IMG/VR virus record: IMGVR_UViG_3300008262_000056
Strand: one strand, 5' to 3'
Source of the DNA: an uncultured virus (IMG/VR IMGVR_UViG_3300008262_000056)
Taxonomy: Duplodnaviria; Heunggongvirae; Uroviricota; Caudoviricetes
DNA length: 57,720 bases
Shown here: in pieces, positions 20,434 through 29,013 of the stretch
Numbering within the stretch: position 1 is the first letter of the stretch
How the letters are laid out: each line of letters begins with the position of its first letter
The notes under the pieces: model-generated
What the model saw: the letters and a program-made list of their open reading frames with translations, nothing else
Told to the model about the DNA's origin: nothing
The model's database searches: none
Translations under genes and position numbers: made by a program

Positions 20434-22631
20434 TGAGTATTTTAATTTATAATTATAGTGTAACGGGGGATTGTAGTAATACAGGTAGCGGTGCGGTTTC
20501 GTTTGATATAACTGGAAGTACACCAACAGTATCTCCTTTTAGTATTTCAGATGCAACAGGTCAAGGATTATTACCACTTTCTGCAGCAACAAATACATAC
20601 TCAGTAACTGGCCTTACAGGAGGCACATATTATGCTCAACTTACAGATTCTAGTACAGAAAAAGAAGTTTTAAACATTTATATTTCAACAGGCACTACAG
20701 CAACTATTGATTCGTCCAATACCACTTGTGGACAGAATAATGGAACCATAACAGGTTTCACGTCTGGCGTCTATGGACTTGTTTCTTTTAATTTATATGA
20801 TATAAGTAATAATTTAATTTCAGGTGTAACAACATCTAATTCTTATTATGAATTCACATCTCTTTCGGCCGGTACATATTACATTGTTGCAAACGATGGT
20901 GGTGGATGTACAGGAATAACCGCATCTGTAATATTAAATCCTTCATCAGGTTTAACATATGGTGCATATGTTGTTGATGATGCTAGTTGTTTAGGTTCAG
21001 GTAGTGGTAAAATTTTCTTAACAGGGTTAACACCACCATTGTCGGCATACACAATAACTTGGAGTCCTAACGCTTTAGGGCAAACAGGATCAACAATAAC
21101 AGGACTAACATCTGGATCTTATGTTGCTACTGTTACTAATTCAGTAGGATGTACGTTAAGTCAGTCATTTACTGTAAACACTATTCCGCCATTAACATCA
21201 GGTGGTTTTATTGTGGTATCACAACCTTCTTGTTTTGCCAATGATGGTGAAGTGGAGTTTATTGTTGTTGGTGGTACTGCACCATATTTTTTTAGTGGAT
21301 CATCAGGTCAAGTTGAAATAACATTTGATACTTCCGTAACTTTTACGGGACTATCTTCAGGATTATACTCATTTTTTGTGACAGATTCAGGTTTATGTAC
21401 AATTTATGATTCTGTAAGTTTAATAACACCAAACTCTTTTAGTACTGTTGCAGTAACAACAACTAACTCAACTTGTTCTGTAAATGATGGTAGTATTAAT
21501 GTTTTAGTTGATGGAGGACTTAGTACTGCAACCAACTTACAAATTTCGGTATCTGGAACAACAGGTATAAGTCAAATAGGATTGTTTGGTAGTTCTAATG
21601 AAACATTTAATGGTCTCGGAAGTGGAACATATATAGTAACAGTTGTATCTGCAGGTTGTACCTATACCGCATCAACAGTAATAAATTCTGTTAGTTTATA
21701 TAGTGCAACTACTGAAGTAACCGGAACTACATGTGGATTGAATAATGGGATTCTTGTTGTAAGTGCGTCAACAGGAGGAACTTTCCCATACACATATTCA
21801 TTAACAGGACCAAGTTACAACCCAAACACTACTACAAGCCAGTTCAACACGTTTACTAATTTAGCTAACGGAAATTACGTGTTAACAATACAAGATACCT
21901 CATCACCACCTTGTATACAAACATATGCGGTTAATATACCATATAGTCAAAGTGTAAACTTTAATCTATATCCAAACCAACCTGTAAATGGTAATGACGG
22001 ATCTATAACTGCGTTTATCACAAGTGGTGAACCACCTTTCACTTTAACTTGGAGTGGAGGAACTATAGGACTTCAAACAGGAAGTACTGTTACAGGTCTT
22101 ACTTCAGGTCCTTACAGTCTAACTGTAACTGATGCTAGTGGTTGTACACTAACAAAATACGCAACATTAACAGGTACTAAAAAATACACTAATTATTTAT
22201 ACTATAATGTTTGTGATAATACATTTACAGATAGTGGGTTAGTAACTAAAAGAACTATACGAGCAATGTATTTAGAAGGGTTCAATGACTTAACTAGTGG
22301 TGATACAAACTGTATTATAAATTCTGCAACTTTTACGATTGGTGCTGAAGTTGGTGGACAATCAGCAGAAACTATATTTTATACATCTTCTGGTTCTACA
22401 GATTACCCAAATGATATACTATGGGCAGACGCAATATCGACAATACTTAACGACTTTGTTGGAATATCAGATGTTACTATAGACCTACCTTCAAATAGAA
22501 TTATCATAAAAACAAACTGCGAAGAAATCACTAAAAACTGTGGTCCACAAACAATAAATCCATTACAAGATACTGAAATAAAAGTCAACTTATTGATTGA
22601 CTATGACATATCTTGTGTAAGTTGTAGTTAA
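20433..22631 (+). CDS. Putative tail fibre/adhesin with tandem SprB-like repeats
   Basis: Repeated C..NDG.I...GGT.PY.Y.W....TGL..G.Y..TVTD..GC units. Confidence 0.7.
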   Translation: MSILIYNYSVTGDCSNTGSGAVSFDITGSTPTVSPFSISDATGQGLLPLSAATNTYSVTGLTGGTYYAQLTDSSTEKEVLNIYISTGTTATIDSSNTTCGQNNGTITGFTSGVYGLVSFNLYDISNNLISGVTTSNSYYEFTSLSAGTYYIVANDGGGCTGITASVILNPSSGLTYGAYVVDDASCLGSGSGKIFLTGLTPPLSAYTITWSPNALGQTGSTITGLTSGSYVATVTNSVGCTLSQSFTVNTIPPLTSGGFIVVSQPSCFANDGEVEFIVVGGTAPYFFSGSSGQVEITFDTSVTFTGLSSGLYSFFVTDSGLCTIYDSVSLITPNSFSTVAVTTTNSTCSVNDGSINVLVDGGLSTATNLQISVSGTTGISQIGLFGSSNETFNGLGSGTYIVTVVSAGCTYTASTVINSVSLYSATTEVTGTTCGLNNGILVVSASTGGTFPYTYSLTGPSYNPNTTTSQFNTFTNLANGNYVLTIQDTSSPPCIQTYAVNIPYSQSVNFNLYPNQPVNGNDGSITAFITSGEPPFTLTWSGGTIGLQTGSTVTGLTSGPYSLTVTDASGCTLTKYATLTGTKKYTNYLYYNVCDNTFTDSGLVTKRTIRAMYLEGFNDLTSGDTNCIINSATFTIGAEVGGQSAETIFYTSSGSTDYPNDILWADAISTILNDFVGISDVTIDLPSNRIIIKTNCEEITKNCGPQTINPLQDTEIKVNLLIDYDISCVSCS

Positions 22632-22928
22632 ATGCCCTCACAAGTTACAATAGTATCGGCAATAGGTATTACACCACCATTTAGTGGAACCGCTTGTGAT
22701 GTCTATGGAAATCAATGTTCATATATAGGAAGTGGAACAACTTTTCCAATAACATTTACATTACCATCACAATTCAATACGGCTCCATCATTACAATTAA
22801 CATTACAAGATTCAATTGGATGTTTAGTGTCTGAAATAATTTATTGTTCAACCGAAGGATTACCAAAACAATTCCAAAATTTACAATATTACTTTTTTAT
22901 GGATGGAACTCAGTTTAATTTTCAGTAA
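22632..22928 (+). CDS. Small Cys-containing putative virion protein; paralog of 33495-33716
   Basis: MPSQVTI..G..PF...CD...C.YI...P..F.LP...DS.GCLV.E pattern shared with the 73-aa ORF. Confidence 0.55.
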   Translation: MPSQVTIVSAIGITPPFSGTACDVYGNQCSYIGSGTTFPITFTLPSQFNTAPSLQLTLQDSIGCLVSEIIYCSTEGLPKQFQNLQYYFFMDGTQFNFQ

Positions 22929-22949
22929 CCAAAATATTTATTATACGAT

Positions 22950-25856
22950 ATGGCATTATTAACGGATCAAATACAAGCTACTGGAGTTTCTCTAACAGAC
23001 TTAATTCACATAGTAATAACTGGTGATACTTCTCAAAATCCTGCGGGATCATCTTTTAAAGCATCAATTTCTCAACTTGTTAGTTTAATTAGTGGTTCTA
23101 CAGGAACAAACGGTACATCAGGAACTAATGGAAGTAGTGGTACAAATGGAACTAACGGTACATCAGGAACTAATGGGTCTAGCGGTACTAATGGGTCTAG
23201 CGGTACTAATGGAACAAACGGTACTTCAGGAACAAATGGATCTAGCGGTACTAATGGAACAAACGGTACTTCAGGAACAAATGGATCTAGCGGTACAAAT
23301 GGAACAAACGGTACTTCAGGAACAAATGGATCTAGCGGTACAAATGGAACAAATGGATCTAGCGGTACAAATGGAACTAATGGTACAAGCGGTCTAAGTG
23401 GTATTGGGTTATTTTTACCATTATCAGGGGGCACGGTTACGGGTAATACAATATTTAATGCCGGTTTAAGTGCGATAACAATATCGGCAACAACCTATCA
23501 AAACTTACCAAGTGATGTGATAATTATTGACTCAACACAGATTCAATCAGGATTTACAGGTGGAGTCTTGTTCCAAAGTTCAGCAAGTACGGTAAGTCAA
23601 ACTACTGGATTTACTTGGGATAATGTAAATAAAAGGTTGGGAATTGGGACTAACACCCCTCTCTATGACTTAGACGTTTATGGGTCTATCTATCAAAAAA
23701 CCGGAGAATTATTAATTACATCCACAAGTGGTGTTAATAAAGAAGGTCCATTTATAGCATCAGACGGCGGAACTAACAGAACCATTCAATTAGGAATTTC
23801 AGACAATTCAACTGTACCTGTCGGCATTGATATGTTTGTAACTAACAATACATTCCCGCCAAGTTACATGAACTTTAGAGTAAACGATGCTGATCTAGTT
23901 AGGATGTCTGGTAGTTCTGTTATAATTAGCGGTCTTACATATACAAGTGGTATAACCTCTACATCTAAAATAACATTTCCACAGCTGACAATTAATAGTT
24001 CATACACCATGACTGATAATGATTTTATGATTGATGTTACAGGAGGAACATTCAACGTACAATTACTATCTGCCGTAGGAAGACAAGGAAGAATAGTTGT
24101 TATTAAAAATAATGGTGGAGGTGCAGTTACGGTAGTCCCTTATGGTAGTGAAACTATAGATCTAGCACCATTTGTTATTTTAGGTGAAACAAACTCATTA
24201 CAATTAGTAAGTAATGGTAGTTTTTGGGTTGCAATGTCTTATAATATCTCAACAGTAAACTCATCAACAGGTGTTTTTGAATTTAGTGGTTTGACAAAGG
24301 CAAGTAATACCACATTTAATGTTGCCCCTGTTAAAGGTTGGATAGTTGATGATACAACTAATCCGTTGAGTCCCCAACTTTTATTTGTTTATTTTACTGG
24401 AGGAACGTATACTGATAGTTTTGTAACAACGGCTTTTGAGACATTTGTTTATTTAACAAGTGGTGCAACAATTGGACAACAATCAACACCACTAACTGAA
24501 CAACAAAGAAGACAAAATATATTTTTAGGTAAAATAGGACACCCTGAAAAAGTTTCAATTAACTTAGTGTTTTCACAACCTGATTTTGTTTTATCACCAT
24601 TATCTCAACTTCGTGATATGTTTGTACCTATTAATTTAATTAATGGGGGTGTATATCCATCAGCCAACGGAGCAAACTTAAAATTCAACACAAGTGCCGG
24701 GTTTATATATGGATTAGGTATTAATTTTGCATCGAATACATTGAACCCAAATGCATTATCGATATCAGGAACAAGCCCTTGTACATTCCAATATAGAACA
24801 CAAACAGGAGGAACGGTTACAAATGTTACAGATATTGACCCACTTAACTATGATGTTGGGGGTGTTATAACTCCAATCACAGGTACTAAAGCCACAAACC
24901 AAAGAATTTACCTATTGCAAAATGGACAATTTAGAATTCAATATGGTCAAACCGAATATAACACTTTAGTACAGGCGATAGAAGCATTACAAACAGAAAC
25001 ATTCACAATATTCCCCAATTTTGTAAATAATGCCGTTCTTATTGGTATATTAACGGTGTTAAGTACCGCAACGGATTTGACCGATACAACTAAAGCAAGA
25101 TTCTTTTTTGCGTCTAAGTTTGGTGAAACTGTAGGTGCTACGGGGGGTGTGTCAACAACAAACCTACAACAAGCTTATAATAACTCAGTACAACCTGAAA
25201 TAACAACCAACTCAACTTTAGGTGCGTTCTCAATCAAAAATGGTACGGGTAATCCTGATGCCACCACAAATTTATTTGAAGGAATTAATTCTGCAAATAC
25301 TTTAACATCGGTAATCACCGCAAGAGGTACTATCACAGGGTCTAGTATTACTACAAATGGTGCTGTGACGGGAGCTACCGTAATTGGTGATGTTATATCG
25401 GGTAACACAGTGTCGGCCTCAACACTTAACCTTGCAGGATCACAAATAAATACTGCTTGGACATCTTATGTACCTGTTTTGACCGCAAGTGTAACTAATC
25501 CTGTAATTGGTAATGGAACCGTAGAAGGTTGGTATAAAATAGTTGGTAAAACATGTTTTGTGAGAGGAAATATTGTAATGGGATCAACAACAACATTTGG
25601 TGCAGGAGAATGGTATGTGTCAGTACCATTTACCGCGGCTCATGCTGATGCAATATTATTAAATGCTGACATATTAGATAATGGGACCGCTTGGTATAAT
25701 GCATTTATAGCGGGTGCAAGAGCAGGATTTAATACCAAAGCGGCAATACAATATCAAAATACAGGAGGAACTACAGATAGTGTTTCACCAAGTACCCCAT
25801 TTACTTGGACAACTGGTGATAGATTTTTATGGAATGGAAGTTATGAAATCGCATAG
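22950..25856 (+). CDS. Putative tail fibre with Gly-X-Y repeat stalk
   Basis: About 35 G-X-Y triplets; FTWDNVNKRLGIGTNTPLYDLDVYG fibre motif; C-terminal WTSYVP...GWYKIVGKTCFVRG tip-like domain; TATTTAT at 22935. Confidence 0.75.
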   Translation: MALLTDQIQATGVSLTDLIHIVITGDTSQNPAGSSFKASISQLVSLISGSTGTNGTSGTNGSSGTNGTNGTSGTNGSSGTNGSSGTNGTNGTSGTNGSSGTNGTNGTSGTNGSSGTNGTNGTSGTNGSSGTNGTNGSSGTNGTNGTSGLSGIGLFLPLSGGTVTGNTIFNAGLSAITISATTYQNLPSDVIIIDSTQIQSGFTGGVLFQSSASTVSQTTGFTWDNVNKRLGIGTNTPLYDLDVYGSIYQKTGELLITSTSGVNKEGPFIASDGGTNRTIQLGISDNSTVPVGIDMFVTNNTFPPSYMNFRVNDADLVRMSGSSVIISGLTYTSGITSTSKITFPQLTINSSYTMTDNDFMIDVTGGTFNVQLLSAVGRQGRIVVIKNNGGGAVTVVPYGSETIDLAPFVILGETNSLQLVSNGSFWVAMSYNISTVNSSTGVFEFSGLTKASNTTFNVAPVKGWIVDDTTNPLSPQLLFVYFTGGTYTDSFVTTAFETFVYLTSGATIGQQSTPLTEQQRRQNIFLGKIGHPEKVSINLVFSQPDFVLSPLSQLRDMFVPINLINGGVYPSANGANLKFNTSAGFIYGLGINFASNTLNPNALSISGTSPCTFQYRTQTGGTVTNVTDIDPLNYDVGGVITPITGTKATNQRIYLLQNGQFRIQYGQTEYNTLVQAIEALQTETFTIFPNFVNNAVLIGILTVLSTATDLTDTTKARFFFASKFGETVGATGGVSTTNLQQAYNNSVQPEITTNSTLGAFSIKNGTGNPDATTNLFEGINSANTLTSVITARGTITGSSITTNGAVTGATVIGDVISGNTVSASTLNLAGSQINTAWTSYVPVLTASVTNPVIGNGTVEGWYKIVGKTCFVRGNIVMGSTTTFGAGEWYVSVPFTAAHADAILLNADILDNGTAWYNAFIAGARAGFNTKAAIQYQNTGGTTDSVSPSTPFTWTTGDRFLWNGSYEIA
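23094..23408 (+). repeat. Coding tandem repeat of 9-nt units (GTN/GSS/GTS) with a 45-nt higher-order unit
   Basis: ggaacaaatggatctagcggtac(t/a)aatggaacaaacggtacttca repeated nearly exactly. Confidence 0.95.
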
Positions 25857-25910
25857 ACTTTAAAATTCAAAATTAATTCACTTTACCTTATTTTAATTTA
25901 ATTTTCCTAT

Positions 25911-26891
25911 ATGGAAAATATGTTATTTGTTTCAGCACAACCCGATGTCCCCTACTTTATATGGCAAATAAAATTGTATGTTCATAATTTTATTGAAAAA
26001 GGAATCAACCCAAATCAAATACATGTTGTTTTAGGGTTAGTCAATAATGTAAACACACCATCTAAAGAATCAGAACAACTTAAAGAGTTAGGGGTTAATG
26101 TGCATTACTTTGTTGATCAAAGATCTAAAAAACATTATATACCAAGTATTAAACCATACCTCATCTCAAAGTGGATACAGTCAAATCCTGATTATGGAAA
26201 ATTATTTTTCCTTCATGATGCTGACATTATTTTTAAAGAATTACCGAGTTTTGATCGGTTGTTAAAAGATGAGGTTAGTTATTTATCTGATACAATAGGA
26301 TACATTGGATATAACTATATTATGGATTGTTGTGAAAGATATGAACAACAACACCCCAATTCAGATAAAGGACAACTTATAAGTGAAATGGCAGATGTAA
26401 TTGGTGTTGACGTTGAGACAATCAAAATTAATCAAGAAAATTCTGGTGGAGGACAATACCTAATCAAAAATACAAATTGTGAGTTATGGGATAAAATCTA
26501 TAGAGACTCAACTACTATGTATGACAAGATGTTGGATTATCAAAAAAGATTCCCGATAAATCCAGGTCAAATACAATTTTGGACTGCTGAGATGTGGTCA
26601 TTATTATGGAATTTATGGTTGTATAATATTGAAACTAAAGTTACAGAAGATCTTGATTTTTCTTGGGCAACGGATACCATAGAAACTTATGAAAAAAAAC
26701 CAATACTTCATATGGCTGGTGTGACTGATAACCTAAGAGCTACAAAATTCTACAAAGGTGATTACATTAATATAAACCCAATTTCTAAGTTGAGAGAAAA
26801 CCCTAATCATTTTGATTACATAGATAAAGATAGTTCGACAATAAAATATATCGATAATATGAAATCTTATATTCAAAAATACAACATATGA
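25911..26891 (+). CDS. GT-A fold glycosyltransferase resembling plant peptidyl-serine galactosyltransferase / hydroxyproline arabinosyltransferase
   Basis: YFIWQ, YIPSIKP, FLHDAD (DxD), GGGQY, WTAEMW and PILH motifs in the order seen in SERGT1/HPAT enzymes (recalled). Confidence 0.7.
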   Translation: MENMLFVSAQPDVPYFIWQIKLYVHNFIEKGINPNQIHVVLGLVNNVNTPSKESEQLKELGVNVHYFVDQRSKKHYIPSIKPYLISKWIQSNPDYGKLFFLHDADIIFKELPSFDRLLKDEVSYLSDTIGYIGYNYIMDCCERYEQQHPNSDKGQLISEMADVIGVDVETIKINQENSGGGQYLIKNTNCELWDKIYRDSTTMYDKMLDYQKRFPINPGQIQFWTAEMWSLLWNLWLYNIETKVTEDLDFSWATDTIETYEKKPILHMAGVTDNLRATKFYKGDYININPISKLRENPNHFDYIDKDSSTIKYIDNMKSYIQKYNI

Positions 26892-26908
26892 TTATTTATT
26901 GTTAATAG

Positions 26909-28987
26909 ATGGTAGAAAATTGTTATATATTATATTCTTGCGACGGAAGTTACGAACCGATCATTTCAAACTTTAGTGGGTTGAGCGCTTATTCGGCATC
27001 ATACATCTCTGTAAATTCGATAGATTCAGTAACAATAGAGGAGACTTGTTTTTATGTGTTAAGTTTAGGTGTGATAGACTGTACCATAACAAACGAAATA
27101 ACAATTTCAACAGGGATAACATGCAATTGTCAATGTTATTGTTATTTTATAAGATCTGTGGTTCAAACAACTGATGTTACATATGTTAATTGTAATGATG
27201 AAATTATTGTCGATACTATCCAAGAAGGATTAACTTATAATATTTGTAGTAAAGTTTATCCACAGTTTGATAATCAAGTACAAATCCCAATTAAATTAAC
27301 TGACATTTGTGTTGATAACCAATGTCCACCAACAATCCCAACTGTAAAACCAACAAACGAATGTGATGTTATTACTATATTCCCTATGGGAGTTACTTGT
27401 ATAACACAACAACCTTCATCAGAAAGAAATTTTGACGGGGCGGTTGAATTAGTTGTAACAGGAGGAACGCCACCTTATACTATATTTTGGGAAGTTGGAA
27501 GTTTTGCGCCAGCACTTACTAATCTTGGTGTTGGAGAATACTCAGCATCTGTTACGGATTATTATGGTGATTTCTCAGCATTTACAACTTGTGTTTTAAC
27601 TGCTGAAACTATAAATTATTCAGGTATGTGTTTTGTATTAACAGGTGTAGTAGAGGATCAGTTAGTATACATTAATTCAGAAGTAAAAGGGTTTAAAAAT
27701 ACCAAACCATACTTTGAAATACAATATGGTGTAAATCTTTTGGGTTACGTTTTTTGGGACCCAAGTTCGTCGAATAAATGGTTTTTTTGTCAAACATTAG
27801 ATTGTCAATTATCACCATATAATACACTTATATTACCTGATGGATTATATCCTACAGGAACAACAGGTGATTGGCAAGTTGTTTCAGACACACCGTATTT
27901 AATTGTTGAATCAACAATTGGTAATTGTTCGCCACCAACAATACCTAAAGAACAGTTTCCTCTTTGTGCAACAATAGTTTTAAGATCGACAAAACCTGGT
28001 TCTGCAACAATCACATCACAGGTCCAACTTGACCCAAGTGTCGAAATAAATGGAGAACCTAGTTGGTCATCATCAACAGATCAATATGTTGTATATTGGA
28101 ATAGCGGATCAACACCTGCTCAGTGGGTTATGACAGGGTTTACTAACCCATCAACATTGGTTTCAAATAATGATCCTTCATATCCGCCTGTAAGTAATTG
28201 GCAGGTTTATGGTTCACCTGAAGTTTATAGTGTTGATATTACACAAGGTGAATGTTCAGAATCATACATTGTATTAGCGTCTGCAATTGTAAATGATGCT
28301 CTATGTGGAGACAATGGTAATATTACCGTAAGTGCTTCGGGAGGAGATGCACCATATCAATATTCAATAGACGGAGGAATATCATATCAACCATCACCAA
28401 TATTTAGTAATGTTTTACCAGGAACTTACAGTGTATTTGTAAAAGACGTAAACACAACAATAGGTTCGTTTGGACCAGTGGTAGTTAATAACATACCAAC
28501 CACCATTTATAATGTAACAATGAATGTAAATTACAATAATAATACTTTTACGTTAACCGCACCATCGTTACCTGTTGGAGCTACCTTAACAGTGGACGTG
28601 GTTATGTCATCAGTATTCAATTATTACCCACAAAGTTTAAGTCCAATACCTACATATAATAATTTTACAACTATTAATGGTGTAGGTCTTATGACAAACA
28701 TTAATACGACAGCTAATACATATCCTTTAGGTGGACCTTGTAGTGTTCCTGGACCATTGAATAATACTCAAATTAGTAATACGTATTTAAACACAATAAC
28801 ATTAACAAGCGGTCAAGTTGTTACAGGTAGTACTACAAATAGTATTATTAATGCTCCTGTTACATCTTGCTCAAATGCTTTAGGGTATTATACACTATCC
28901 ATAGCTAATGCAATGATAAACAACTGTCAATGTTGTGATGCGAATCTAATTAATACGGTTCCACCAGCACCACAATCAGTTTTATAA
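26909..28987 (+). CDS. Cys-rich putative virion/fibre protein with SprB-like repeats
   Basis: VTGGTPPYTIFW...NLGVGEYSASVTD and ASGGDAPYQYSIDGG...FSNVLPGTYSVFVKD; TATTTAT at 26893. Confidence 0.65.
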   Translation: MVENCYILYSCDGSYEPIISNFSGLSAYSASYISVNSIDSVTIEETCFYVLSLGVIDCTITNEITISTGITCNCQCYCYFIRSVVQTTDVTYVNCNDEIIVDTIQEGLTYNICSKVYPQFDNQVQIPIKLTDICVDNQCPPTIPTVKPTNECDVITIFPMGVTCITQQPSSERNFDGAVELVVTGGTPPYTIFWEVGSFAPALTNLGVGEYSASVTDYYGDFSAFTTCVLTAETINYSGMCFVLTGVVEDQLVYINSEVKGFKNTKPYFEIQYGVNLLGYVFWDPSSSNKWFFCQTLDCQLSPYNTLILPDGLYPTGTTGDWQVVSDTPYLIVESTIGNCSPPTIPKEQFPLCATIVLRSTKPGSATITSQVQLDPSVEINGEPSWSSSTDQYVVYWNSGSTPAQWVMTGFTNPSTLVSNNDPSYPPVSNWQVYGSPEVYSVDITQGECSESYIVLASAIVNDALCGDNGNITVSASGGDAPYQYSIDGGISYQPSPIFSNVLPGTYSVFVKDVNTTIGSFGPVVVNNIPTTIYNVTMNVNYNNNTFTLTAPSLPVGATLTVDVVMSSVFNYYPQSLSPIPTYNNFTTINGVGLMTNINTTANTYPLGGPCSVPGPLNNTQISNTYLNTITLTSGQVVTGSTTNSIINAPVTSCSNALGYYTLSIANAMINNCQCCDANLINTVPPAPQSVL

Positions 28988-29013
28988 ATTGAATATAAGA
29001 ATATTTACAATAA

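Noticed and set aside
23072..23434. Alternative-frame and antisense ORFs (120 aa minus, 101 aa plus) over the Gly-X-Y repeat
   Set aside because: Stop-free by-products of the 9-nt coding repeat.
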